From Candidatus Latescibacterota bacterium (GTDB lineage Bacteria > Latescibacterota > UBA2968 > UBA8231), in the NCBI GenBank assembly GCA_965261395.1, contig OZ253462.1, forward strand, positions 2,784,001 through 2,848,000: a stretch of DNA of 64,000 bases, read 5' to 3'. A program made the translations under genes and the position numbers. Position 1 is the stretch's first letter. Every line of letters begins with the position of its first letter. The notes under the pieces were generated by a model. That model did no database searches. It worked only from the letters and a program-made list of their open reading frames with translations, and was not told where the DNA came from. Positions 19,812 through 29,873 of the stretch are shown here, one piece after another.

Positions 19812-21776
19812 TTAGCGCACCAACGTCATCTTCCCGGTCCGCACCCCACCCACAGCGGCCAAGCGATACAGGTACACGCCGCTGGCCACCGCCCGCCCCG
19901 CGTCGTCGCGCCCATCCCATCGCGCCAAGTGCCACCCTGGAGCTGCCACGCCCTGCACCAGCGTCCGCACCTGCTGGCCGTTCAGCGCATAGACCGCTAT
20001 GTGCACCGGTCCGGCGGCCGGTAGCGCGTAGCGGATCGCGGTCGTCGCATTGAACGGGTTGGGATAATTCGCGGCCAACGCCAGCACGGCTGGCTGCGAC
20101 GCGGCCTCGTGGAGCACAGCCGTCAGCACCGGTCCCACAATCCGCAATTCGTCAAACCAGAACTGGATCCCGTCTAAGGCGTGGTGCTCGGCCACGATGT
20201 CGAAGCGGTCGATGGCCTGCCAGTCGAACACGCCGATCGGATTGAACCACTCATTCTCCCAAGCCCCGTGCTCGGCGAAGTCGCCAAGCGGCACCCGCAC
20301 CTTATGCCACGCGCCGTCCCAAGCGGCCACCTGCCCATCTATCGTATAGCGCACGCGCCAAGGGTGGTCGTCCGGGTCGTCCGTATCCGTATCGACCAAG
20401 CGGATGTCAAACGACGACCCCGGAGTATCTCCCCGCACCCAGAACTCGACCGCATAGCCCGTCGCGGACAACGCGGACAAATCCTTGAAGGGCTTAAAAT
20501 CGAAGCCAATGAACCCGTAGAGCGGCACCCCAGTCCAGCGCATGCAGTAGCGGCCCACCGCTGGGTCTGCCTCGTCATAGTAATCGACCGTGCCTTCGCT
20601 GAGGTGGTTGGACTCGACCATGTCCGGGCCGAGGAAGTCTTCGTAGAGCACAAAATCCCGCTGGTCTGGCTCGGCCACAAAATCCCGTTGCGGCGGCACG
20701 TTCAGCCCCAACGCCTCCAACAGCGGCACATTCAGATCAAAATCGAACAACTCGTCCGACCCGCGCTCAAACAGCCCAAAACCGCCTCGGTAGTCCCAAG
20801 TGGTCCACGCGATGCCCCGCTCCTCCATGTGCTGCCGCACCACCTCGTACCACAAGACGCGGTCGCTGTTGTCGCTGTTGGGGCTGTACACCCCAAACTC
20901 CCCGCAAAACAGCGGCACGCCGCGATCCTTCTGAAAGGCCGAGGCCTCGTCGAGCAGTATGCGCACCTGCGCGATGGTGCCCTCTTGGCTGTAATTGCCC
21001 AGCGCCGTGCCGACCCACGTGCCCTGCAAGGACGAGGGCAACGCCGGCATGCGCGCCCGCTCGTAGGGAAAGGGCACGCCGCGCAGCGGCACCAAGGAAG
21101 GATTGGTCCAACTAGCGCCTTGGTGGGTAAAGACGAAAGGCTCGTAGAAGTGAAACGTGTACACGAGGTTGTCATCGGCAAAGACCGGCATCCGTTGCAG
21201 GTTGCGGAAGCTGTTCCAGTTGGCCGGGCCAACGACGATCGCGTGCTGCTGATCCACCTGCCGAATGGCGTCGATCACCTGCTGCTGGATCGCGTTCCAA
21301 GCCGCGTCGCTAATGCCGTGTGGCTCGTTGAGGATCTCGTAGTAGAGCTGGGCCGGATGCGCGGCAAAGTGCGCGGCGAGTTGGGTCCACACCGGCACCA
21401 GCACATCGCCAATATCCGGTGAGGTACTCACCGCCGGATCGAACGTATGGTTGTCCAAAATCAGATGCAGTCCCAACTCATCGGCCCAATCCGCGATTTG
21501 ATCGAGCAAGTCGTAGAGCAAGGGATCGATGCGATAGTCCGGCGGCCCGCTCGTCATGGCGTGCAGATTGATCGGCAGGCGCACCACGTCGCAGCCGAGC
21601 TGTTGGATCTGCGCGAAGTCGGCCCGGCCAAACTTGGCAAAGTGCACGTTCTGCGCACTGGGCGCTTGCAGCCAATTGGTCAGGTTGACGCCCCGGCTAA
21701 ACGGAGCCTCGGCACTCCACGCCGCGACCGTGCACAACAACAAGAGCCACAGGCTATTTGCTTTTGATTTTAACAT
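19812..21776 (-). CDS. Secreted GH5 cellulase-family glycoside hydrolase with CBM-like and FlgD-Ig domains
   Basis: GVNL, VRLPI, ILDNH, YEILNEP (acid/base), FHFY, CGEFG (nucleophile); tail NYPNPFN...WDGRD. Confidence 0.9.
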   Translation of the reverse strand: MLKSKANSLWLLLLCTVAAWSAEAPFSRGVNLTNWLQAPSAQNVHFAKFGRADFAQIQQLGCDVVRLPINLHAMTSGPPDYRIDPLLYDLLDQIADWADELGLHLILDNHTFDPAVSTSPDIGDVLVPVWTQLAAHFAAHPAQLYYEILNEPHGISDAAWNAIQQQVIDAIRQVDQQHAIVVGPANWNSFRNLQRMPVFADDNLVYTFHFYEPFVFTHQGASWTNPSLVPLRGVPFPYERARMPALPSSLQGTWVGTALGNYSQEGTIAQVRILLDEASAFQKDRGVPLFCGEFGVYSPNSDNSDRVLWYEVVRQHMEERGIAWTTWDYRGGFGLFERGSDELFDFDLNVPLLEALGLNVPPQRDFVAEPDQRDFVLYEDFLGPDMVESNHLSEGTVDYYDEADPAVGRYCMRWTGVPLYGFIGFDFKPFKDLSALSATGYAVEFWVRGDTPGSSFDIRLVDTDTDDPDDHPWRVRYTIDGQVAAWDGAWHKVRVPLGDFAEHGAWENEWFNPIGVFDWQAIDRFDIVAEHHALDGIQFWFDELRIVGPVLTAVLHEAASQPAVLALAANYPNPFNATTAIRYALPAAGPVHIAVYALNGQQVRTLVQGVAAPGWHLARWDGRDDAGRAVASGVYLYRLAAVGGVRTGKMTLVR

Positions 21777-21937
21777 GGCGGGAAATTAGACGCACCGCGG
21801 CTTCCAAACAACGCGCACGGGCACTATCAAATGTCGTGGGTGGAATTAGAGTCTTTCATTCCTCGCCTGAATTGCCTATATCTCTGACCACAAAACCGCG
21901 TGCCGTATGCACCTCCATGCCCCACAGGAGCCACGCC

Positions 21938-23194
21938 ATGAAAATCACCACCATCGAAGTCATCCCCCTGCGCCTTCCCTACGAGGATCGCATCCGCAAG
22001 GCGTTCTATCACTTCGGCATGAACGAAGAGGTGACCGTGTACAAGTTCCACACCGATACCGGCTTGATAGGCTTGGGTGAAAACCCCGGCCCGCCCTTTG
22101 CGCAGAGCTTGCTCGACGCCTACCTCGGCACCAACCCTTTCGATCACGTCATGGGCACCGGGAGCTTCAACCTCGACATGGCCTGTTACGATCTGATGGG
22201 CAAACACCTCGGGCTGCCGGCCTGGAAGCTGATGGGCCAACAGGTGCGGGAGTGGGTAAGCATGGGGTGGTGGATGCCCTGCATGTCGCCCGAGGACTCG
22301 GCCGCCGAGGTGCAAGAAGCCGCCGCCCGCGGCTATCGCGGGCTAAAATGCAAGGCCCGCGCCTTCTATGATATAGTCGAGCAAGCCCAAGCCATGCAGG
22401 ACGCGGCCCCGCCCGACTTCCGCATTGAATTCGACTTCAACGGCGCGCTCATCAACGTCGAAAGAGCTTTGCCCATCCTGCGCCAGTTGGAGCAGATTCC
22501 AGTAGTCAAAGGGATCGAGGAGCCGATCTTTGCCTATGACATCGAGGGCTGGCGACGCCTGCACCAAGAAATCCGCATTCCCTTCTACCTCCACGGCGTC
22601 AGCACGATCTTCGACGGTCCCTCGCGCCAGCCTTCCGGCCCCTGGCTTGGGCTGCGCGCTGGAGATTTCGACGGCGCACTCTGTAGCCACGAGACCATCC
22701 GCAACGCGCTGGCCGCTTCTTGGGCCTTCGCCGCGGCCAATACGCCGATCCTCTTGCAGTACGTCGGCACGGGCATCACCGCGGCCTTCGCCTGCCACCT
22801 CGGCGCGGTCATGCACACGGCCACCCTACCGGGCGTAACCGCCCATCACATGTACGCAGACGACCTGATCGCCGAGCCGCACCTAGTCCAGCGCGGCTTT
22901 ATGCAGGTGCCCACCGGTCAAGGCTTAGGGGTGGAACTGGATGAGGACGCGGTCGCGCGCTACCGCGCCGTACCCGCGCCGCAATGGCCGCGTCACTTCT
23001 CAGTCATAACCCTACCCGGCGGCCTCGAACACTACTACCGCGACCTGCGACAGGCCGAACGCCTCATGAAACAAGGCGTTGACGAAGCCTTCGCTCCCGG
23101 CGTCCGCCTCACCGAGCGTGAAGACGACGGCAGCGCGGATTTCGATAGGCTCTGGTGCACGCTCCAAGAACGCGACTGGCCCGTCTGGGTCTAG
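21938..23194 (+). CDS. Enolase superfamily (mandelate racemase/muconate lactonizing) enzyme
   Basis: DMACYDLMGK, LKCK, EFDFN, IEEP, VPTGQGLGVELD. Confidence 0.82.
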   Translation: MKITTIEVIPLRLPYEDRIRKAFYHFGMNEEVTVYKFHTDTGLIGLGENPGPPFAQSLLDAYLGTNPFDHVMGTGSFNLDMACYDLMGKHLGLPAWKLMGQQVREWVSMGWWMPCMSPEDSAAEVQEAAARGYRGLKCKARAFYDIVEQAQAMQDAAPPDFRIEFDFNGALINVERALPILRQLEQIPVVKGIEEPIFAYDIEGWRRLHQEIRIPFYLHGVSTIFDGPSRQPSGPWLGLRAGDFDGALCSHETIRNALAASWAFAAANTPILLQYVGTGITAAFACHLGAVMHTATLPGVTAHHMYADDLIAEPHLVQRGFMQVPTGQGLGVELDEDAVARYRAVPAPQWPRHFSVITLPGGLEHYYRDLRQAERLMKQGVDEAFAPGVRLTEREDDGSADFDRLWCTLQERDWPVWV

Positions 23195-23205
23195 AGGAGA
23201 CTCCC

Positions 23206-24297
23206 GTGAAAATTACCCGCATCACCCTCCACATCGTCAACGTGCCCGAGCGCCGCTGGTGGTGGTCGGACGACGTGTACGGCCAGCCCCTGCACCAGCG
23301 CACCGAGCACGGCGTCGCCGAAGTCGAGACCGATCAAGGCTTGACGGGCCTGACGCTGATCGGGCGTTTTACCGCCTTGGACACCATGCGCCAGCAGTTT
23401 GCGACTTGGCTGGGTCAGGACGTCCTCCAAGTCAACTTGGCGCAAAGCAACGATCCCTTGCAGGGCGCTTTTGAACAGGCCGTGCTCGACTTGCGCGGCC
23501 AAGCACTGGGCGTACCTATCTGGCAATTATTGGGCGGTCGGTTGCGCGACCGCGTTCCGGTCACCCAATGCACGGGGTACAAAACGCCCAAACACACCGC
23601 GGAAGACGCCCAATGGGGATGGGAACAGGGCTTCCGCGCTTATAAGATGAAGTGCATCACTAGCCGCGAGAAAACCCCCGAGGAGCGCATCCGCTACGTC
23701 ACCGATCGGATAGAAGCCATCCACCGCGTGGTCCCCGACATGGTGGTGCGCCCGGATATCCGCTGGCGCTTAGAAGAAGTCTGGGTGGCCCAAGAGCTGG
23801 CCCGCCGCCTACAGGGCCATCGCCTAGACTCGCTCGAAAGCCCCATTGCCAAAGGCGCTCGCGGCGGCACGTTTTCCGAATGGCGTCGCCTGCGCCACAC
23901 CATCGAATTACCCATTGGCGACCACGTCGGCGACGCAGCCGATCTGTTGCGCCGCTTTCAGGCCGAGGCCCTCGACTACGTCATTGTCGGCGGAGCCAGC
24001 CACTTTGAAACTTTGCACCACTCGCACCTCGCGCACGCGCTGGGGCTAGGCGGCTGGTCGCAGACCGTAGCTTATGGGCCGGGGGCTGCTATGGGCCTGC
24101 ACGTGGCTGCTTGTATGCCCCATTTAACTCAACCCTACGACATGGTCGGCCCCATCGCCTGGGAGCACTCCTTGGTCAACGAGGAATTCGTCCTCGCAGA
24201 GGGCAGCTTCCTCGTCTCCGACCGACCGGGTTTGGGCTACACCCTCGACCGCGACGGCGTCGAGCGCTACTTAGTCGAACGCCACATTTTCCCTTAG
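23206..24297 (+). CDS. Enolase superfamily enzyme
   Basis: GTG start after GAGGAG; QAVLDLRGQALGVPIWQLLGG, YKMK, ESP, RPGLG. Confidence 0.82.
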   Translation: MKITRITLHIVNVPERRWWWSDDVYGQPLHQRTEHGVAEVETDQGLTGLTLIGRFTALDTMRQQFATWLGQDVLQVNLAQSNDPLQGAFEQAVLDLRGQALGVPIWQLLGGRLRDRVPVTQCTGYKTPKHTAEDAQWGWEQGFRAYKMKCITSREKTPEERIRYVTDRIEAIHRVVPDMVVRPDIRWRLEEVWVAQELARRLQGHRLDSLESPIAKGARGGTFSEWRRLRHTIELPIGDHVGDAADLLRRFQAEALDYVIVGGASHFETLHHSHLAHALGLGGWSQTVAYGPGAAMGLHVAACMPHLTQPYDMVGPIAWEHSLVNEEFVLAEGSFLVSDRPGLGYTLDRDGVERYLVERHIFP

Positions 24298-24313
24298 AAC
24301 TGCTAACCAACCC

Positions 24314-26002
24314 ATGTCCGAAGCCCCCGAATACCGCATCCGCTCCAACGCCCCCTTCGCACTTGACTGCACCCTCGACAAGACGCTGACGGTCGCCGCT
24401 TGGGTCGAAAGTCCCACGGCCCGCGCCGAAGCTATGCAGCCACTCGTCTCGCAATGGTGGCCCCGCGCCGCCTTCGCCGCCTTCGCCGCTTATGACGCTG
24501 GCCACACCGACGGCTTGGTGACCCAAGGCTACTTCGGCGCAGTATTCGATGGCCGCTACGCGTACTTCTGCCCCATCCGCGACCAGCAGGAGCGCACTTC
24601 CGTCCACGGCCGCGTCCTCCGCCTCGACACCCAAGCCGACTTCAAAGACCCACACGCTTGGGCCGCCTACGACGCCAGCTACACCGACGGCCTGCACACC
24701 GCGGGCTTCTACGGCGGGGCCTTTGACGGACGCTACGTGTACTTCAACCCCCGCGACGACGGCACCATCCACCACTCGCGGCTCTTGCGCTACGACACTC
24801 AAGCCGACTTCAAAGACCCAGACGCTTGGGCCGCCCACGACGCTCAGTTACCCCACTCGGGACAGGGCCTCGCCTTTGACGGGCGCTATCTCTACTTCTG
24901 CCCGGGTTACACCCGGTCGTCAATCGGCGGTTTGGACGACGAGCACAGCGGCCGCATCCTCCGCTACGACACCCGCGCCTCCCTAAAGGATCCTGCGAGC
25001 TATGCCGTCTTCAATGCCCAACAGCTCTGTCCGGAGGCAGCCTGTTTCGACGGTGCCGCGTTTGACGGGCACCATATCTACTTCGCGCCGCTCGACAGCG
25101 GCCATGTCCTCCGCTACGCGGTCACCGGGGATTTCGCCGACCCACAAAGCTGGGACCTCTACGACGCTCGTCCCGTGGGGATGCAGATGAACGTCGGTGC
25201 CGTGTTCGACGGGCGGCACATCTATTTTTGCGCTTATGGCAACAGCACGATGTTGCGCTACGACACCGCCGCGCCGTTCGACGACCCAGCCGCTTGGGAC
25301 ACCTACGTTCCCGTAGAGAACAGCGGCTTTGACGGCGGCTTCTTCGACGGACGCTACGTGTACTACGTGCCCTTCACCCGTGCCGCCGCACCCGGAGAGA
25401 GCGTCTTCCACGGCTCCTGGCTGCGCTACGACACGGCCGCGCCGTTCGACGATCCAGCCGCTTGGGACACCCACGACGCCAGCTATACCGACGGCCTGCA
25501 CACGACCGCGTACAACGCTGGAGCGTTCGACGGACGCTATTTCTACACCGCTCCTTGGCGCGGCGACCGCGACGGCAGCCACGCCCACGGCCGCGTACAA
25601 CGCTACGACACCCTCGGGGCAGACGGTGCGTTCTCCCTGCGCTACGACGACGTGGGCCACAACGGCGGGCTGTGCGCGGCCGTGCCCGGCCCCAGCTTCA
25701 TCGTCAATACCACCGGCGGCGCGGTCAGCATTGCCGCTCACCAAACCCTCGCGCCCGGCGTCCATCACCTCGTCGGAGTGTACGACGGCGCGCGCATCCA
25801 GCTCTATATCGACGGCGCGCTCGCAGCCTCGCGCTCAGCTTGTGGCCGTCCGTTGCAACAGACGGCCATCCCCGTGACCATCGGCCATATCGCCAACGGT
25901 AGCGCCCGCTTCCAAGGCACCATCACCGAAGTATATCTATCGCCCGTCGCCCACAGCGCCGCTTGGGTCGCAGCAACCTATCACGCGGGTGCGCCAACCT
26001 AA
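24314..26002 (+). CDS. FDGRY-repeat beta-propeller protein combined with a LamG-like domain
   Basis: Seven GxxFDG[RH][YH]xY repeats; C-terminal HHLVGVYDG..LYIDG..FQGTI. Confidence 0.75.
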   Translation: MSEAPEYRIRSNAPFALDCTLDKTLTVAAWVESPTARAEAMQPLVSQWWPRAAFAAFAAYDAGHTDGLVTQGYFGAVFDGRYAYFCPIRDQQERTSVHGRVLRLDTQADFKDPHAWAAYDASYTDGLHTAGFYGGAFDGRYVYFNPRDDGTIHHSRLLRYDTQADFKDPDAWAAHDAQLPHSGQGLAFDGRYLYFCPGYTRSSIGGLDDEHSGRILRYDTRASLKDPASYAVFNAQQLCPEAACFDGAAFDGHHIYFAPLDSGHVLRYAVTGDFADPQSWDLYDARPVGMQMNVGAVFDGRHIYFCAYGNSTMLRYDTAAPFDDPAAWDTYVPVENSGFDGGFFDGRYVYYVPFTRAAAPGESVFHGSWLRYDTAAPFDDPAAWDTHDASYTDGLHTTAYNAGAFDGRYFYTAPWRGDRDGSHAHGRVQRYDTLGADGAFSLRYDDVGHNGGLCAAVPGPSFIVNTTGGAVSIAAHQTLAPGVHHLVGVYDGARIQLYIDGALAASRSACGRPLQQTAIPVTIGHIANGSARFQGTITEVYLSPVAHSAAWVAATYHAGAPT

Positions 26003-26013
26003 AGGAGCTTCTC

Positions 26014-27087
26014 ATGGACGAAAAATACACGGTCGCCATCATCGGCTGTGGCCGCCTCGGCCAACACTACGCCGAGGTCTATCAAACCCTGCCCAACACC
26101 GAGCTAGTCGCCATCGCCGAATACAACTCCGAGCGCCGCCAAGCCGTCGGCGAGCGCTTTGGCATCCGGGCGCTCTATCAGGACGCGCAAGACCTCTTCC
26201 GGCACATCGTCCCCGACATCGCGGTCGTTGTGCTGCCCGGCAAGTACATCAAGGAGGCTGTCATCGCCGCCGCCCAAGCTGGCGTCAAGGGCGTCTCCAC
26301 CGACAAGCCCATTGAGGCCCGCCTTTCGGATGTCGATGCCATGATCGAGGAATGCGAAGCGCGCGGCGTGGTCTTTGCCGGCGGCAACCTGCAACGGGCC
26401 ATAGGCGAGGTACAAGAAGCGGCCGGTTGGCTACATGCCGGCGAGTACGGCCCATTGCGCGGAGCCAGCGTCCACGGCTGGGGCGGCGAAATTTCCGGCG
26501 GAGGCTGCCAGCACATCGCCGTTCTGCGCCTCCTCACCCAAGCCGAGATAACCCAAGTCATCACCTGGGGCTCACCACCCGAGGCCCTCGCGCGCGACGA
26601 CGATGAGGGCCTGATCATCAACGGCCAATTCTTGCTCAGCAACGGTCTCGTCTGCCCGGTCTTTGGCCAACAGACGTCCAGCCGCGGTGTAGATGTGTGG
26701 ACCGACGATGCGCTCGTGCGCTGGGATTGGGGGCCGCCCGAAATTTTCCAAGGCCGCGACGCACAGGGTACTCGCATAAAAACCGACCGCCCCTATACCC
26801 CACTCGAATACCCCCGCTTCTCCTACATGGGCACTTCGGTGCTGTCGTTTTTGGATGTCGTGGAAAACGGCGGTGAGCTGTACATCTCCGGTCACGACCT
26901 GCGCCAATCACTCGAAGTAGCCATCGCCGCCAAGTACTCGGCGCTGTGGGGCAATGTGCCGCTCGACCTGCCGCTCGCCGACCGCTCACTCGCGCTCTAC
27001 CCCAGGGCCTATCGCTGGCTCGGCGGTGACCACTCCGGGCTACCACAAACCTACACAGAGGCGTTGGAAGGGACGCTTTTTCGTTAG
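26014..27087 (+). CDS. Gfo/Idh/MocA family oxidoreductase
   Basis: VAIIGCGRLG Rossmann motif, TDKP; AAGGAG RBS. Confidence 0.85.
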   Translation: MDEKYTVAIIGCGRLGQHYAEVYQTLPNTELVAIAEYNSERRQAVGERFGIRALYQDAQDLFRHIVPDIAVVVLPGKYIKEAVIAAAQAGVKGVSTDKPIEARLSDVDAMIEECEARGVVFAGGNLQRAIGEVQEAAGWLHAGEYGPLRGASVHGWGGEISGGGCQHIAVLRLLTQAEITQVITWGSPPEALARDDDEGLIINGQFLLSNGLVCPVFGQQTSSRGVDVWTDDALVRWDWGPPEIFQGRDAQGTRIKTDRPYTPLEYPRFSYMGTSVLSFLDVVENGGELYISGHDLRQSLEVAIAAKYSALWGNVPLDLPLADRSLALYPRAYRWLGGDHSGLPQTYTEALEGTLFR

Positions 27088-27166
27088 CAGCGCCACCGCT
27101 CAGTGATTCACCAAATCGCACCGGTGCCCCTGGAGCAATTACCTTTAAGCAGGAGTAGAATCATTA

Positions 27167-28342
27167 GTGAATGATCATGTCGATTTCAGCCCCGAAGAAT
27201 ACCAACAGCGGCTGAGCAAGCTCAGGGTGTTAATGGCGGAGCGCGGTATCGACGCTGTGCTGGTCACCACCGAGGCCAATCACCGCTACTTTACGGGCCA
27301 TGTGACCCACCGCTGGATGCACCAGTACACGGCCATGTTCGCCCTGCTGCCGCTGGAGGGCGAACCGCTGCTTATTGTGCCCCCGCAAGAAGCCTGTATG
27401 TGCGAGGAAGATTCCTGGATGAAAAGCATCCGAACCTTCCCATCAGAACATATTCTCCAAGGTGTCGATGCCATTACCGACGCCGTGCACGAACTCGGGC
27501 TGGAAGAAGGCCGCATTGGCACCGAACTCGGCGGGATAGTCTCGCTCAGGATGCCTTGCGAAGATTTCGACCAGTTGCGGCAAAACCTGCCCAATGTTGA
27601 TTTTGTCGATGCGTCCGCCCTATGTTGGACGTTGCGCGCCCGGAAATCGAACGCCGAAGTGGAGCGCATCCGCGAGGCAGTGGCCATCACTGATGCAGCG
27701 TATCAGGCCCTCTTCGAGGAGGTCAAACCGGGGATGAGCGAGCGGGAGCTCTGTCGCCTGCTCGCGGTCGAACACCTCAGGCGCGGGGCCGAAATGCCGG
27801 GCTCGATCACCCTCGCTCCATATATACCCGACGACATCCGGGTCGCCAATAGCACCCTGCGGCGACCTATTGATCGCGTGCTGACCGCGGGCGAAATGAT
27901 CACCCAAGACGCCGGCGGCGTCTATCGGGGCTACTGGTCAGACTATACGCGGATGTTTGCGCTGGGGCGGGCTAGTGCTGCACACCAAGACGCCTATCGC
28001 GTCGTCTACGATTGTTTGCAGGCGGCGATAGAGGCCACCCGGCCCGGTGTCCCCATCGCCGATCTGGTCCACGCCGCGAAGGCGACGATGAGCGTCTCGG
28101 GCCATGCCGACTATGCCGCAAAGGTCAAGGGTATCGGCCATGCGATGGGGCTGGAGATTATCGAACCGCCCTTTATCGCCTTTGAAAATGAGGTGATTTT
28201 AGCAGAGGGGATGGTCTTCACCATCGAACCTGGACTCTTCACCGCTGACGCTTTCTGTATGCTCGAAGAAGACGTGCTCGTCACCGATCGCGGCTACGAG
28301 GTGCTATCCAAGCCCGCAAGCGCTGAGTTGCCGGTCCTTTGA
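27167..28342 (+). CDS. M24 Xaa-Pro aminopeptidase family protein
   Basis: KSNAEVERIR, DAG...YWSDYTR, GHAMGL, TIEPG, LEEDVLVT. Confidence 0.88.
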   Translation: MNDHVDFSPEEYQQRLSKLRVLMAERGIDAVLVTTEANHRYFTGHVTHRWMHQYTAMFALLPLEGEPLLIVPPQEACMCEEDSWMKSIRTFPSEHILQGVDAITDAVHELGLEEGRIGTELGGIVSLRMPCEDFDQLRQNLPNVDFVDASALCWTLRARKSNAEVERIREAVAITDAAYQALFEEVKPGMSERELCRLLAVEHLRRGAEMPGSITLAPYIPDDIRVANSTLRRPIDRVLTAGEMITQDAGGVYRGYWSDYTRMFALGRASAAHQDAYRVVYDCLQAAIEATRPGVPIADLVHAAKATMSVSGHADYAAKVKGIGHAMGLEIIEPPFIAFENEVILAEGMVFTIEPGLFTADAFCMLEEDVLVTDRGYEVLSKPASAELPVL

Positions 28343-28371
28343 GACCATGTGCCTCGTTAGGTATGGTCTCA
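28340..28371. terminator. Hairpin between convergent genes
   Basis: tgagaccat ... atggtctca inverted repeat. Confidence 0.5.
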
Positions 28372-28420
28372 TACGCAGCGTTGATTTTGGGGCCGCGCTT
28401 GCCGGGGAAGAGTTGGATAA

Positions 28421-29857
28421 TTAGGGCAGTTCCACCTCGTCGCCGGTCTGCTCCTGCCAAGCGCGAATCCGCTCACTCAGTTCGCCAATCCGCGCTCGCT
28501 GCTCGGGCCGGTGGTATAAATTCTCCAACTCGTGAGGGTCCGCGTTCAAATCGTATAGCTCGCCTTGGCCCTGGCCATACAGGTTGAGTTTCCAGCCATC
28601 GGCTGCAACGATGGTGCGGAGGGGATGCACTAGGCTGCGGTTCGGCTCGGCTTCGCCGATCGAGGCCGGCGGATGGCCGTCGGCGCCGCTCCACTCGACA
28701 AACACGTCGTTGGCCGCCAAGTCGTCGCGGCCGCACAGCACCGGCACCCGGCTCTGCCCCTGCAAATGATCCGGCGCTTCTAACCCCAACAAGTCGAGCA
28801 GCGTGGGCACCAAGTCGATGTGGCTGAACTGGCCGCCGATCCGCTGTGGCTCTGCGTCTAGCATGGGGGCGCGCAGCAGCAACGGCACCTTGATCGACTC
28901 CTCGTACATCAGGGTCTTGCCCAAAATCCCGTGATCGCCCATAAGCTCGCCGTGATCCGACGTGAAAATCACAATGGTGTCGTCGGCCTTACCGCTCTCG
29001 TCCAAAGCTTGGAGGATCTTGGCCACTGAGCGATCCACCAGCGTCACATTGCCCCAATAGCGGGCCAGCAGCCCGCGCCAGCCAGCCTCGGTCTGCAAGT
29101 CCAACCCGTAGTTTTCCGAAGCCGAGTAAAAGGCCGCCATCAGCCGCACGATCAAGGGCGCGTCGTCCGGCGGGGGCTGTCTAAAGCTCGGCCCGGTCGG
29201 CAGGGTCTCCGGGTCGTAATACTCGTTGAGCGGCCCGGTGTGCGGCGGATGCGGCTCCAGATAGCTGACGCACAGCGCAAAGGGCGCGTCGCCGCGCTGG
29301 CGGATGTACTCTGCGGCTTGGTCGCCCAAAAACGCCGCCTTGGTATATTCCTCCGGCATGGAGGCCTCGGCGTGGCGCGAGAACACGCGCTGGCCGAGGT
29401 TGTCCGCGTCGGGCGCAAACCCCTGCTCGACCAAGAAGTGGTGATACGGGCTGAGCACATCCAGCCGCTCCGGCGCGGAATAGCCACGCCGGTACGAGTC
29501 TTCGCTGCCGACCCACGTTGCAAATCCGTGCTGGGGAAAAATCTCATCCCCCAAGTGCCATTTGCCCATAAAGGCCGTCTGATATTCCGGCGGCAGCATC
29601 TCGGCAAAGGTCGGCACCTCGGCGCGCAGCGGCACATTGCACGCGGGCACGCCGGCGGTGTGCGGCCACAGACCGGTCAACATGGTGGCCCGCGCCGGGC
29701 TGCACACCGGCTGGCTCACATAGGCATTTTCAAAGACAAAGCCGTCCGCAGCCAGCGCGTCGAGGGCTGGGGTCTCGATCTGCTCGTTGCCGTAGCAGCG
29801 CAGCGTATCCACGCGCTGCTGATCGGTGAAAATGTAGAGTAGGTTGGGACGTCCCAT
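28421..29857 (-). CDS. Sulfatase family hydrolase
   Basis: PNLLYIFTDQQR, CSPAR (CxPxR), GKWHLG, TSDHG, YEESIKVP. Confidence 0.92.
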   Translation of the reverse strand: MGRPNLLYIFTDQQRVDTLRCYGNEQIETPALDALAADGFVFENAYVSQPVCSPARATMLTGLWPHTAGVPACNVPLRAEVPTFAEMLPPEYQTAFMGKWHLGDEIFPQHGFATWVGSEDSYRRGYSAPERLDVLSPYHHFLVEQGFAPDADNLGQRVFSRHAEASMPEEYTKAAFLGDQAAEYIRQRGDAPFALCVSYLEPHPPHTGPLNEYYDPETLPTGPSFRQPPPDDAPLIVRLMAAFYSASENYGLDLQTEAGWRGLLARYWGNVTLVDRSVAKILQALDESGKADDTIVIFTSDHGELMGDHGILGKTLMYEESIKVPLLLRAPMLDAEPQRIGGQFSHIDLVPTLLDLLGLEAPDHLQGQSRVPVLCGRDDLAANDVFVEWSGADGHPPASIGEAEPNRSLVHPLRTIVAADGWKLNLYGQGQGELYDLNADPHELENLYHRPEQRARIGELSERIRAWQEQTGDEVELP

Positions 29858-29873
29858 AAAATTTCTCCATTCC

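Noticed and set aside
18582-21422. Long alternative-frame and antisense ORFs (381, 374 and 413 aa)
   Set aside because: They overlap well-supported genes, lack motifs and are expected in high-GC DNA
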